This document shows, one piece after another, positions 49,297 to 59,111 of a stretch of DNA of 64,000 bases. Numbering within the stretch: the first letter of the stretch is position 1; each line of letters starts with the position of its first letter. Under the pieces are notes generated by a model that saw nothing but the letters and a program-made list of their open reading frames with translations, searched no databases and had not been told where the DNA came from. Origin of the DNA: an uncultured Bacillota bacterium (lineage in GTDB: Bacteria > Sysuimicrobiota > Sysuimicrobiia > Sysuimicrobiales > Segetimicrobiaceae); NCBI GenBank assembly GCA_963804645.1, contig CAWDRG010000018.1, forward strand, positions 1 to 64,000, written 5' to 3'. The position numbers and the translations under genes were made by a program.

Positions 49297-51411
49297 TCAG
49301 GGCTCAAGCGGATCCAGCGGCTGCCCATCCTGCCGCAGTTCGAAGAACAGGTGCGGACCCGTACTCCATCCGGTGCTGCCGACCCGGCCGATGACCTGGC
49401 CGCGCCGCACACGGTCTCCGACGCGGACGTCGTACGACGAGAGATGCGAGTAGGTGGTCGACACGCCGTTGCCATGGTTGAGGACGATGAGCTTTCCGTT
49501 CGCGGGCATCTCGCCGGTGAAGATCACCGTGCCGTCGTCCGCGGCCTCGACGGGCGCTCCCCACGACGCCGCGATATCGATCCCAGTGTGAAACTCCGGC
49601 GTGTGAAAGATGGGATGAACGCGCCACCCGTACCCGGAACTGACGGTCCCCTCGACCGGCCACGCGAGGCCGTCGTTCGGGAAGGAGGGGATCGCGCCGC
49701 CGTGCGGCCCCGGCGCCGCGCCGACGGCGATGGCGCGAATCTCTTCCGACTCGGCGTTGAGTTGGGCGAGTACCTCGCGCTCCTGCTCGACGATCCGCGC
49801 GCGCTGCGGATCGTCGGACTCAATCCGGACCGGCGCGGCGGCCTCGATCAACGGCGACCGGGACGGCGTGGGTCCTGCGTCCGGGCCGCTCGACATCGCG
49901 GACGACGGGGTCCCCCGCGTCTCGATCGCGACCGCGGCCGGCAGTCCACCCGGGAGCTGACCGCGCCCCGCGTTCTGGTCGAGGCCGATCTGGACCTCTA
50001 CGGTCCGGTCCGTGCGTCCCGGGCCCGCGCCGACGCGCAGTACCCGGCCGAGCCAGACGTGTCCCGCATACCCGTCCACCGTCACCAGTGCCGCGCTGCC
50101 GACGCGGATCTTCGGAGCCGCCGCCGGGGGCACGTCCGCCGCCACCCAGGTCCGTCCCTGGATCGACAGGGCCATCAGGGTCTGGCCGCGGTGCACCGCT
50201 TCGCCTGCGGCGGCGGTGCTGCCCGTCACCCACCCGTCCACCGGGGCTCGGATGACGGTCTCGCCGAGGGCGACCTTGGCGGCTTCCAACGCGCGGTCGG
50301 CATCCACGGCCGCGAGCTGGGCGGCGGCCAGCGCCTGGGCGCGGAGCTGCGCGTCGGCGATCGTCGCCTCCGCTTGGCGCGTCAGCCGATCCTCGGAGGC
50401 GGCCGCCGCGTGCACGACGGGCTGCGTCGACCGGGGCGTTGCGTGTGCGGCCGCGAGCTGCGCCTGCGCCACCCGCACGGCGGCGGTGGCCGCGTCGACG
50501 CGGGCCGACGCCGCGTCAGACGCCGCGGTGTCCGTGTCGACTTGATGCGCCGGAATCGCGCCGTCTGCGAGCAGGGTCCGATCCCGCGCGAGGCGCTGCG
50601 CCGCTGCGGCCTGGGCGGTTTCGGCCGTATCCAGCGCCGTCTGGGCCGCCGCGAGCGCGGCACTGGCCCGGGTCGCCGCGCGTCCATCCGGGGCGACGGG
50701 CGTCATCGTCGAGGACGGAGCGGCCGCCGCGGTCTGAGCGTCGCGCACCGCCGCGGCAGCGCCAGCCGCCTGCGCGCGGGCCGCATCCAGGGCCTGCGAG
50801 TCGGCGGCCATCTCCCGCGGCGAGATCAATCCCTCTGCCAGGAGTGCGCTGTCGCGATCGAGCGTCTGCTGCGCCGCCGCGACCTGCGCGTCGGCGATCC
50901 GCCGCACGCGGGTTTCCGCGGCGGCCGCCTGCCGCTCGGCCTCGACGAACGCGGGTGGGGCGGACGCTGCGGCGTGCGGTGTGTGCAGGGGCGTGACGCG
51001 CAGCGGCGCGGCGCGCAGCGTCGTCAGTGCCGCGCGCACCTGGCTGCTGGCGGCGCGTTCCTGTGCCGCCAGCGCGGTCAACGAATCGCGGACGCGGGCG
51101 CGCGCCGCGCGGCTCTGCGCCGCGGCGCGCGCCAGGGCGGACCGCTCGTGCGCGGTGCTCAACGCGATCAGCACGGTCCCCGCCGTGACGTACTGACGGT
51201 CGACGGCGCGGACGCTGACCACCGTGCCGGCGATCGGCGCGCGCACCGGGGCGAACACGCCGGCGGTGCGCCCGCGGTCGGCCACGATGAGCCCCTGGGA
51301 CGGCTGTCGCACCGTCCCCGTGCCCAGCAGCGCCGCGAGCAGCGCGACGCCGAGCAGCACCGCCGCGTACCGGGCCGCGCGCGGATGTGTGCACCACTGC
51401 CTCATGCGCAT
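49297..51411 (-). CDS. HlyD/EmrA-type membrane fusion protein fused to a C-terminal M23/LytM domain
   Basis: N-terminal TM, VRAPIAGTV and IRAPVDGWV lipoyl halves around long Ala-rich coils, then WPVEG...HTGIDI...YSHLS...STGPHLFFE; AGGAG RBS. Confidence 0.85.
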   Translation of the reverse strand: MRMRQWCTHPRAARYAAVLLGVALLAALLGTGTVRQPSQGLIVADRGRTAGVFAPVRAPIAGTVVSVRAVDRQYVTAGTVLIALSTAHERSALARAAAQSRAARARVRDSLTALAAQERAASSQVRAALTTLRAAPLRVTPLHTPHAAASAPPAFVEAERQAAAAETRVRRIADAQVAAAQQTLDRDSALLAEGLISPREMAADSQALDAARAQAAGAAAAVRDAQTAAAAPSSTMTPVAPDGRAATRASAALAAAQTALDTAETAQAAAAQRLARDRTLLADGAIPAHQVDTDTAASDAASARVDAATAAVRVAQAQLAAAHATPRSTQPVVHAAAASEDRLTRQAEATIADAQLRAQALAAAQLAAVDADRALEAAKVALGETVIRAPVDGWVTGSTAAAGEAVHRGQTLMALSIQGRTWVAADVPPAAAPKIRVGSAALVTVDGYAGHVWLGRVLRVGAGPGRTDRTVEVQIGLDQNAGRGQLPGGLPAAVAIETRGTPSSAMSSGPDAGPTPSRSPLIEAAAPVRIESDDPQRARIVEQEREVLAQLNAESEEIRAIAVGAAPGPHGGAIPSFPNDGLAWPVEGTVSSGYGWRVHPIFHTPEFHTGIDIAASWGAPVEAADDGTVIFTGEMPANGKLIVLNHGNGVSTTYSHLSSYDVRVGDRVRRGQVIGRVGSTGWSTGPHLFFELRQDGQPLDPLEP

Positions 51412-51571
51412 ACGGGATTGTTCTCCTGCTGCGGCGGCCGTCACGGCGGCCTGATGCCGGCCGGTGACGCCCATCCCCGTCGAAGAGCGCCGTCGCGGGG
51501 GATGACGCCCATCAATTCTAGCATTCCCGCGTCGCCCCGTGCCTCTCGCGGGGGGCGCCGAGGGCTCCGGT

Positions 51572-52315
51572 TCAGCCCAGGACCTCGTAGCCCTTGCCCA
51601 GGTAGGCCGATCTGACCCCCGGATGGGCCAGCAGCTCATCCGGCCGGCCCCGGAGGACGATCCGGCCGCGCTCCATGATGCACAGTCGGCCGGCGATCGT
51701 CATCGCGGCCTTGAGGTTTTGTTCGACGAGCACCACGGCCAGGCCCTCGGCCGCGCACAGCTGCGCGAGCGTCCGCATGATCTCCCGCACCACGCGAGGC
51801 GCGAGGCCGAGCGACGGCTCGTCGAGCAGCAGCACCCGGGGCCGCGCCATCAATCCCCGGCCGATCGCCAGCATCTGCTGTTCGCCGCCGCTGAGATGGC
51901 CGCCGAGGCGGTGGACCAGCTCGCCGAGCCTGGGAAACAGGCGCAGCGGGTAGGCGATGTCCGCCCGCACGCCGCGGCGGTCGTGCCAGTACCGGTGATA
52001 GCCGCCGAGGATCAGGTGTTCCTCCACCGTGAGGTCGTTCCAGATCTGCCGCCGTTCCGGGACGAGGCACAGCCCGAGCGGGACGATCTGCTCGGCCGGC
52101 CATCCCGTCACGTCGCGTCCCGCGAGGCGGACCCGCCCGGCCGACGGCGGGTACACCCCGGCGATCGCACCGACCAGCGTCGATTTCCCGGCCCCGTTCG
52201 GGCCGGTGATCGCGAGCACCTCGCCGGCCGACACGTCGAGATCGATCGCGCGCAGCACCTCGACGCGCCCGCGGCGCGCGTCCATCCCGGAGACGTCCAA
52301 GAGGGGAGCGGTCAC
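51572..52315 (-). CDS. livF: LIV-family ABC transporter ATPase (LivF-like)
   Basis: GPNGAGKST, LSGGEQQM, LLLDEPSLGLAP. Confidence 0.9.
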   Translation of the reverse strand: MTAPLLDVSGMDARRGRVEVLRAIDLDVSAGEVLAITGPNGAGKSTLVGAIAGVYPPSAGRVRLAGRDVTGWPAEQIVPLGLCLVPERRQIWNDLTVEEHLILGGYHRYWHDRRGVRADIAYPLRLFPRLGELVHRLGGHLSGGEQQMLAIGRGLMARPRVLLLDEPSLGLAPRVVREIMRTLAQLCAAEGLAVVLVEQNLKAAMTIAGRLCIMERGRIVLRGRPDELLAHPGVRSAYLGKGYEVLG

Positions 52316-53115
52316 GCGCGCGTCCCGTCCGCGTCGTCGGGGTCGTCCCCGAGATACGCGGCGATCACCCGCGGGTCGCGCTGGATCTCCGCCGGGGTGC
52401 CGTCCGCGATCTTCTCGCCGTAGTCCAGCACCACGACCCGGTCGGCCGCGTCCATGACCACGTCCATGTTGTGCTCGATGATCACGAACGTCATCCCGCC
52501 GGCGCGCAGCGACCGGATCACCGCGAGCAGGCGCTCCGCCTCTGCGGTGCTGAGGCCCGCCGCGGGCTCGTCGAGCAGCAGGAGCGACGGGCGCGCCGCG
52601 ATCGCCCGCGCGATCTCGAGCAGGCGCTGCTGGCCGACCGGGAGATCCCGCGCCGGATCCAACGCGCGCGCGGCGAGGCCAACCCGCGCGAGGCCCTCCA
52701 GCGCGGCGTCGCGCACGACGCGGTCCTCCCGCGCGGCGGAGCGCAGCCCGAGCGCCGCGGCGGCGAGCCCCGTGTGCGTCCAGCGGTGGCACCCGACCAT
52801 GACGTTCTCGGCGACGCTCATCTCGTCGAAGATCATGAGGTTCTGAAACGTCCGGATGACGCCGAGGGCGGCGACCGCCTCCGGGGCCCAGCTCGTGATG
52901 CGGCGGCCGTCGAACCGCACCTCGCCCGAGGTCGGCCGCAGCAGTCCGGTGACCGCGTTGAACAGCGTCGTCTTGCCCGCGCCGTTCGGTCCGATCACGG
53001 CCACGATCTCGCGACGCGCCACCGTGAACGTTACGCGGTCGACGGCGGTGACGCCGCCGAACCGGCGCGTGAGCGCGTCGACCTCGAGCAGCGCTTCGGC
53101 GGGGGAGCCGCTCAT
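52312..53115 (-). CDS. livG: LIV-family ABC transporter ATPase (LivG-like)
   Basis: GPNGAGKTTLFN, RTFQ, LLLDEPAAG, VIAAYLG. Confidence 0.9.
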   Translation of the reverse strand: MSGSPAEALLEVDALTRRFGGVTAVDRVTFTVARREIVAVIGPNGAGKTTLFNAVTGLLRPTSGEVRFDGRRITSWAPEAVAALGVIRTFQNLMIFDEMSVAENVMVGCHRWTHTGLAAAALGLRSAAREDRVVRDAALEGLARVGLAARALDPARDLPVGQQRLLEIARAIAARPSLLLLDEPAAGLSTAEAERLLAVIRSLRAGGMTFVIIEHNMDVVMDAADRVVVLDYGEKIADGTPAEIQRDPRVIAAYLGDDPDDADGTRA

Positions 53116-54101
53116 GTCTCGCCGCCGGCCTCGCGGCGGGTCCGTCCGAGGTCGAGCGCCCGGCGCACGAGCCCCGCGGGAAAGAAGAGCATGATCACGA
53201 TGAGCAGGATCCCGTAGATCGCGGTTTGGTACTCGCCGCCGACCCGCGGGAAGACGAGGGGCATCTCGGCGCGAATCACCTGGTCGAGGACGGTCACGGC
53301 CGCCGCACCGACGAGGCCGCCCCAGATGTTGGTCAGGCCGCCGACGACCGCCATCACCAAGAAGAACAGCGAGGCATACAGCGAAAACGGGGAAGGCGAG
53401 ATGAACCGCACGTAGTGCGCGTACAGTGCGCCGGCGAGCGCCGCGTACGCCGCGCTCAGGACGAACACCTGCATCTTGTACCGGGCGACGTCGATGCCGA
53501 GGGCCGCCGCGCCGACCTCGCTGCCGAGGATCGCGCGCAGCGCCCGACCGGTCCGGTGCGACGTCACGTTGCGCGCGACCAGGACCGCGGCGAGCACGCA
53601 GGTCCAGACGACGTAGTAGAATTGGCGGTCCGTGGTGACCCGCAGTCCCCACGCGCCGAGCCCGGGGATGTCCCTGAGGCCGCTGGCCCCGCCCGTCACC
53701 GGGACCATCTGGATCATGAGGACGTTGACGATAATGCCCACGCCGAGCGTGGCCAGGACGAAGAAGTGGTCGGCCAGGCGCAGTGTCGGAAGGCCCACGA
53801 GATACGCCGCCCCGGCCACGCAGACGATCGCGAGCGGGACCGTCGCGAGCGTCGACCACCCGAGGTCCTTGGCAAGCAGGGCCGAGACGTACGCGCCGAT
53901 GCCGTAAAACGCCGCCTGACCGAGCGAGACCTGGCCGCTCGAGCCCAGGAGCACCAGCCCGACGGTCACGATCGCGTACAGGCCGATGATATTGAACAGG
54001 GTGAGCGCGTACGCGCTCGGCGCGGCGACCGGCAGCGCCGCGAGCGCCGCGCCGAGCGCCACGAGCCAGAGCGTCCTACGCCGCCCGCCGCCGCGCGCCA
54101 C
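53112..54101 (-). CDS. livM: LIV-family ABC permease (LivM-like)
   Basis: GQVSLGQAAFYGIGAY, TGRALRAI, multiple TMs. Confidence 0.9.
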   Translation of the reverse strand: MARGGGRRRTLWLVALGAALAALPVAAPSAYALTLFNIIGLYAIVTVGLVLLGSSGQVSLGQAAFYGIGAYVSALLAKDLGWSTLATVPLAIVCVAGAAYLVGLPTLRLADHFFVLATLGVGIIVNVLMIQMVPVTGGASGLRDIPGLGAWGLRVTTDRQFYYVVWTCVLAAVLVARNVTSHRTGRALRAILGSEVGAAALGIDVARYKMQVFVLSAAYAALAGALYAHYVRFISPSPFSLYASLFFLVMAVVGGLTNIWGGLVGAAAVTVLDQVIRAEMPLVFPRVGGEYQTAIYGILLIVIMLFFPAGLVRRALDLGRTRREAGGET

Positions 54102-54951
54102 GCAGGAGCCCTTCCCGCTGCAGGAACAGGACGACGAGGAGCACGAGGAACGTGATCGCGTCGCCGTAGCCCGGGGTGAGGTAGCCGGTCGTGAGGGTCT
54201 CGATCAGCCCGACCGCGTACCCGCCGACGACCGCCGCGGGGGCGCTGCCGAGCCCGCCGATCACGGCCGCGACGAACCCTTTCAGGCCGAGCGCCAGCCC
54301 CATGTCGTACGTGGCCCCCGAGATCGGGGCGATCACGATGCCCGCGAGCGCGCCGAGCGCCGCACTCAGCGTGAAGGCGAAGAGCGACATCCGGCGCGGG
54401 CTGATCCCGACGAGGCGGCTCGCGAACGCGTTGTCGGCGCACGCGCGCAGCGCGGCCCCCCACACGGTCCGCGTGAAGAAGGCGAAGAGCACCGCGACCA
54501 CCCCGACCGACAGACCGATCGCCCACAGCGCCTGGCGTCCCAGCACGCCGCCGAACAGGATCAGCGGCGGTCCCGGCGTGAACTCGGGCAGCGCGTACGG
54601 ATCGGCGCCCCACACCATGAGCGCGATCCCCCGGTAGACCATCGACGCGCCGAACGTGATGATGATGAGCGTCAGCGGATGTCCGCCGAACGCGGGCTGG
54701 ACCACGAGCCGTTCGGTGGCGGCGCCGACCGCCGCGACGGCCGCGACCGCGGCGAGCGCGGCGAGCGCGAGCGGCGCGTGGGTGGCCAGCAGCGTGGCGC
54801 AGATCAGCGCGCCCAGCATCGAGAACTCGCCCTGCGCGAAGTTGAAGATGCCGGTGACGGTATAAATGAGGACGAACCCGAGCGCGACGAGCGCGTAGAT
54901 GCTCCCGACCGTGAGCCCGGTCAGGACGAGTTGCGGCAGCAGCGCGAGCAC
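54076..54951 (-). CDS. livH: LIV-family ABC permease (LivH-like)
   Basis: GSIYALVALGF, NFAQGE, KGFVAAVIGGLGS. Confidence 0.9.
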   Translation of the reverse strand: MLALLPQLVLTGLTVGSIYALVALGFVLIYTVTGIFNFAQGEFSMLGALICATLLATHAPLALAALAAVAAVAAVGAATERLVVQPAFGGHPLTLIIITFGASMVYRGIALMVWGADPYALPEFTPGPPLILFGGVLGRQALWAIGLSVGVVAVLFAFFTRTVWGAALRACADNAFASRLVGISPRRMSLFAFTLSAALGALAGIVIAPISGATYDMGLALGLKGFVAAVIGGLGSAPAAVVGGYAVGLIETLTTGYLTPGYGDAITFLVLLVVLFLQREGLLRGARRRAA

Positions 54952-54994
54952 GAGGAGCGCGGGGCGGAGCGGGCCGCCACGCGGCCCGGCGCCG

Positions 54995-56149
54995 CTACTT
55001 CCACTGCTGCCAGTGGCCGTCCCGGATGACGACGAGCGCCATGTCGTTGGTGGTCAGGCCGTTGTGGTCCTGGGGCGACATGTTGAAGACCCCGCCGATC
55101 CCCACGAACCCGTGCACGTGCTCAATGTAGTCCCGCATCTTGGCCCGATCGGGCCCGACCGCGCGGATCGCCGCGAGCAGCAGATTGATGCCGTCGTACG
55201 CGTGCCCCCCGAACGTGTTGGCCGGGTAGTGATTCGCGGCGTTGAAGTCCTGCGCGTAGCGCTGCAGCACCGCCTTCTGCGGATCGGCCGCCGCGAGGGA
55301 CCCGACGACCAGGAGCCTGCCCGCGGGGAACACCACGCCGTTGGCGGCGGGGCCGGCGAGATCGATGAACGCCTGGTTGGCGACGCCGTGGCTCTCGATG
55401 ATCGGCGCCGCGATGCCGAGCTGCCGGATGTTCTTGGCCGCGGTCGACGCCGTCGGCGGCGTGCTCCAGACCACCCACGCGTCCGGGGTATGCACGCGCG
55501 CCCGGGTGACCTGCGCGGTCAGATCCGTGGCGGTCGCTTCGAACGGCTCGGTGTCGACGATCGTGATGCCGTCCCGCGGGAGGTACGTCTGCAGGGCCAC
55601 GAGTCCGTCCTGGCCGAAATCATCGTTCCGGTACAAGAACACAATCGTCCGCACGTGGGTGGCGGCGAGATAGCCCGCGACCTTCGCCGCGGCAATGCTG
55701 TTGCGCTGCGGAGTCTGAAATACCCACGTCCGCGCCGGCACGCTCAGCGTGGTGCTCGCCGCGAGCGACATATAGGGGATGCCGGCCTGCATCGCGTAGT
55801 CCGCCATCGCCTGCGCTTCCGGGCTGCTCGTGCCGCCGACGACGGCCACGACGTTGTCTTCGCTCACGGTCTTCTTCATGAGGAGGAGCGCCTGCGTGGG
55901 GTCGCTCTCGCTGTCGTAGACGACGAGCTGGATCTGGCGTCCCCCGATCGGGTCGAGCTGGGGCACGAGCATCGTGGCGGTGTCCTTCTCGGCCTTGCCG
56001 AGCGAGCTCGCCGGTCCGGTCACGGCGACGACGACGCCGATCCGGATCGGGGCGCCCTGGCCCAGCACCGGCGTCCACGGGCTCACGAGCGCCGCGGTCA
56101 GCATGGCGGCGACGAGCACGACCACGAGCCTCGGAACCAGGCGCCGCAC
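54995..56149 (-). CDS. LIV-family ABC substrate-binding protein
   Basis: Signal peptide, IRIG...TGPASSLG, DDFGQDG; GGAGGTG RBS before the GTG. Confidence 0.9.
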   Translation of the reverse strand: MRRLVPRLVVVLVAAMLTAALVSPWTPVLGQGAPIRIGVVVAVTGPASSLGKAEKDTATMLVPQLDPIGGRQIQLVVYDSESDPTQALLLMKKTVSEDNVVAVVGGTSSPEAQAMADYAMQAGIPYMSLAASTTLSVPARTWVFQTPQRNSIAAAKVAGYLAATHVRTIVFLYRNDDFGQDGLVALQTYLPRDGITIVDTEPFEATATDLTAQVTRARVHTPDAWVVWSTPPTASTAAKNIRQLGIAAPIIESHGVANQAFIDLAGPAANGVVFPAGRLLVVGSLAAADPQKAVLQRYAQDFNAANHYPANTFGGHAYDGINLLLAAIRAVGPDRAKMRDYIEHVHGFVGIGGVFNMSPQDHNGLTTNDMALVVIRDGHWQQWK

Positions 56150-56439
56150 CACGATCACCTCCAGAGGATGCGTGCTGTCCATGTCGTTCGGTCGGTCGTG
56201 TTCCCGGTGCGGGAACGCCGCGCCCGGTCGCGGCGCAACGCCGTCGCGGCGGGGCGCGTGCCGCGGGGCCTGGTCCATCGCATTTACACGGGTGGGCGGG
56301 AAACCCCTGCCCGACCGGGTTCCCCGCGCGAAGGCCCGCGGGCCATTGGGGGGGAGGCAGGGACGGCGCCGCACCCCCCGAACTCAATCGAGGTGAGTCC
56401 GGCGGGCTTCCAACCGGCGCCGGGGAAACGGTGAACCCA

Positions 56440-56964
56440 ATGGCATGCCCAGATTGTCAGGCGCAACTTGAGCAGCTGAACTATAAGGGCGTGGCATTCG
56501 AGGAGTGCCCGAACTGCCGCGGACGCTGGTTTGACCGGGGGCAGCTCAAGGCGGCGAAGGATCGAACCGACGAGGACCTGCGGTGGCTGAACTTCGACCC
56601 GTTTGGGGAAGACGCGGACAAGTACGCGGTCGCCGCCCCCCGGGTCGTCCTGTGTCCCAAGTGCGGCCGGCAGATGGTTGCGCTGCGGTATGCGGCCTCG
56701 GGCGTCACGATCTACAAGTGCCCCGTGGGGGACGGCGTCTGGTTAAGTCACGGCGAGTTTGCGGCGATCGTCGCGTACTTGGAGAAGCTCGTCGATTCCC
56801 AGTCGGCCGAGGCGCTCACCAAGGACGCGGTCAAGCAGCTTGAACGGGTTGACGTGCGGGACTTCCTGACCGTCATGAAGCTGTTGAACGTCAGGCTCGC
56901 GGTCGAGCACCCTCGCCTCGCGCGCGCGGTCGAGAAGATCCAGGAGTATTCGCCGCTCAAGTAG
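56440..56964 (+). CDS. Double zinc-ribbon (zf-TFIIB-like) protein
   Basis: CPDC...CPNCRGRWFDRGQL and CPKC...CPVGDGVWLSHGEF. Confidence 0.8.
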   Translation: MACPDCQAQLEQLNYKGVAFEECPNCRGRWFDRGQLKAAKDRTDEDLRWLNFDPFGEDADKYAVAAPRVVLCPKCGRQMVALRYAASGVTIYKCPVGDGVWLSHGEFAAIVAYLEKLVDSQSAEALTKDAVKQLERVDVRDFLTVMKLLNVRLAVEHPRLARAVEKIQEYSPLK

Positions 56965-57058
56965 CGACCGGCCCGCGCGGACGTCGACCTCGCGCCCGCC
57001 CGGCGCCCCCCCGGGGCGGACCGGCGCACTTGGCGCGGCGGGTGGGAGGGGTGGAGCG

Positions 57059-58543
57059 ATGCCGGCGCGGACCGGGGCGCAGTTCCTCCAGGGCCTGCGG
57101 GATCGACCGCGGGACCTGTGGCTTGAGGGCGAGCGCGTCCGGGATCCCGTCGAACACCCGGCCTTCCGCAATGTGCTGCGGAGCCTCGCCGCGCTCTACG
57201 ACCTCCAGCACGACCCGGCGCACCGGGACGAGATGACGTATGTCTCGCCCACCACGGGGGAACGCGTGGGGCTGTCGTTCCTGACGCCCTACACACTGGA
57301 CGACCTCGTGCGCGTGCGGACGATGATGGCGCGGTGGGCAGACCTCTCCGGCGGGTTCCTCGGGCGGACGCCGGACTACTTGAACCGCGCCCTCGTGGGT
57401 TACGCGTCGGCGGCGGCGTACTGCGCCGATAACGATCCGCGGTTCGGCGAGCACATCCGCCGGTACTACGAGTACGTGCGCGAGCACGACCTCTGCCTCA
57501 CGCACACCCTGATCAACCCGCAGGCCAACCGCTCGGTCGGGCCGTCCCAGCAGGCGAACCCCTACCTCGCCGCGCGGATCGCCGAGGAGAACAGCCGTGG
57601 GATCACACTGCGCGGGGCGCGGATGCTCGCCACGCTGCCGGCGGCCGACGAGATCATGGTGTTCCCCTCCACGCTGCTCCGGGCCGGTCCCGACGACGCC
57701 CCGTACGCGTACGCGGTGGCGCTGCCCACCGACACGCGGGGGCTTCGGTTCCTGTGCCGGGAGTCGTTCGACTACGGCCGCTCGCACTTCGACCACCCGC
57801 TCGGGTCGCGGTTCGAGGAGATGGACGCGGTCGTCGTCTTCGACGACGTGCAGGTGCCGTGGGAGCGGGTGTTTCTCCTGCGCGACGTGGAGAAGTGCAA
57901 CAAGGCGTTCGCGGCGACCGGTGCGGTGGCGCACATGGCGCACCAGGTCGTGACGAAGAACGTCGCCAAGACGGAGTTCCTGCTGGGGGTGGCGTCGTTG
58001 ATCGTCGATGCAATCGCGATCGAACCGTTCCAGCACGTCCACGAGAAGATGGCGGAGATCATCGTCAACCTCGAGACGATGCGGGCGTTTCTGCGCACGA
58101 GCGAGGTCGACGCCCAGGTCAACCGCTGGGGCGTGATGCAGCCCGCGTGGCCGCCGCTGGACGCGGCGCGCAATGTGTACACGCGGATGTACCCCCGGAT
58201 GATCGAGATCCTGCAGCAGCTGGGGGCGTCGGGGTTCATGGCGATCCCGACCGCGCGGGACCTCGCGGGCGCGCAGGGGGAGACGATCCGCACCTACTAC
58301 CAGGCGGCGCGCGCCGACGCGGTCAGCCGCGTTCAGCTGTTCCGGCTGGCCTGGGACATCGCGATGAGCGCGTTCGGGTCGCGCCAGGTGCTCTACGAGC
58401 GGTACTTCTTCGGCGACCCGGTGCGGATGGCCGGGGCGATGTTCAACGCCTACGACCGGCGGCCGTATATGGAGCGCGTCCGGGCGTTCCTCGAGCGCGC
58501 GGAGGATGAGGCGCCCGGGCTCGAGTCCGCCCCGGGCGAGTGA
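57059..58543 (+). CDS. hpaB: 4-hydroxyphenylacetate 3-monooxygenase, oxygenase component
   Basis: RTGAQFL, GRTPDYLN, FDHPLGSRFEEMD, RQVLYERYFFGDP. Confidence 0.93.
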   Translation: MPARTGAQFLQGLRDRPRDLWLEGERVRDPVEHPAFRNVLRSLAALYDLQHDPAHRDEMTYVSPTTGERVGLSFLTPYTLDDLVRVRTMMARWADLSGGFLGRTPDYLNRALVGYASAAAYCADNDPRFGEHIRRYYEYVREHDLCLTHTLINPQANRSVGPSQQANPYLAARIAEENSRGITLRGARMLATLPAADEIMVFPSTLLRAGPDDAPYAYAVALPTDTRGLRFLCRESFDYGRSHFDHPLGSRFEEMDAVVVFDDVQVPWERVFLLRDVEKCNKAFAATGAVAHMAHQVVTKNVAKTEFLLGVASLIVDAIAIEPFQHVHEKMAEIIVNLETMRAFLRTSEVDAQVNRWGVMQPAWPPLDAARNVYTRMYPRMIEILQQLGASGFMAIPTARDLAGAQGETIRTYYQAARADAVSRVQLFRLAWDIAMSAFGSRQVLYERYFFGDPVRMAGAMFNAYDRRPYMERVRAFLERAEDEAPGLESAPGE

Positions 58544-58559
58544 GCGACCCGTGGAGCCG

Positions 58560-59111
58560 ATGACGGCGCCCGACCCGATCGAGTTCCGCCGCGCACTCGG
58601 GCTATTCGCCACCGGCGTGACGGTCGTCACCGTCCAGGCGGGGGCCGAGATGCACGGGATGACGGCGAACGCGGTGATGTCGGTCTCGCTCGATCCGCTG
58701 CTCGTGTGTGTCTCGGTCGGCCGGCGCGCGCGCATGGACGAGCTGTTGAGCCGGGCCGGCGGCTTCGCCCTCAACATCCTGTCCGCCGACCAGGAGGTGC
58801 TGTCCACGTACTTCGCCGGCACGTGGCCGCATGCGGGTCCGCCCGAGTACCGGCTCGAGCCGTGGGTCGGGGGGCCGCGCCTCGTCGGGTGTCTCGCCGC
58901 CGCCGGGTGCGAGATCGCCGCGGTGCTGGACGGCGGCGATCACCGGTTGTTTCTCGGACGCGTGCTGGCCCTCCACCGTGCGCCGGGCCCGCCCAACCCG
59001 CTGGTGTTCTTCGGCGGCCGATACCACCGTCTCCGGGAGCCCGCGCAGGCTCCCCGCGACCCCGTCGAGGTGTGGAATCCCGAGGAGGTGCAGATCTACT
59101 ATGAGCCGTGA
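58560..59111 (+). CDS. hpaC: Flavin reductase component (HpaC-like)
   Basis: FRRALGLFATGVTVVT, GMTANAVMSVSLDP, GGDH. Confidence 0.88.
   Translation: MTAPDPIEFRRALGLFATGVTVVTVQAGAEMHGMTANAVMSVSLDPLLVCVSVGRRARMDELLSRAGGFALNILSADQEVLSTYFAGTWPHAGPPEYRLEPWVGGPRLVGCLAAAGCEIAAVLDGGDHRLFLGRVLALHRAPGPPNPLVFFGGRYHRLREPAQAPRDPVEVWNPEEVQIYYEP

Noticed and set aside
41440..51615. Long plus-strand ORFs 41440..44238, 44264..46015 and 48904..51615
   Set aside because: Antisense shadows of dnaE2, imuB and the HlyD-M23 gene.
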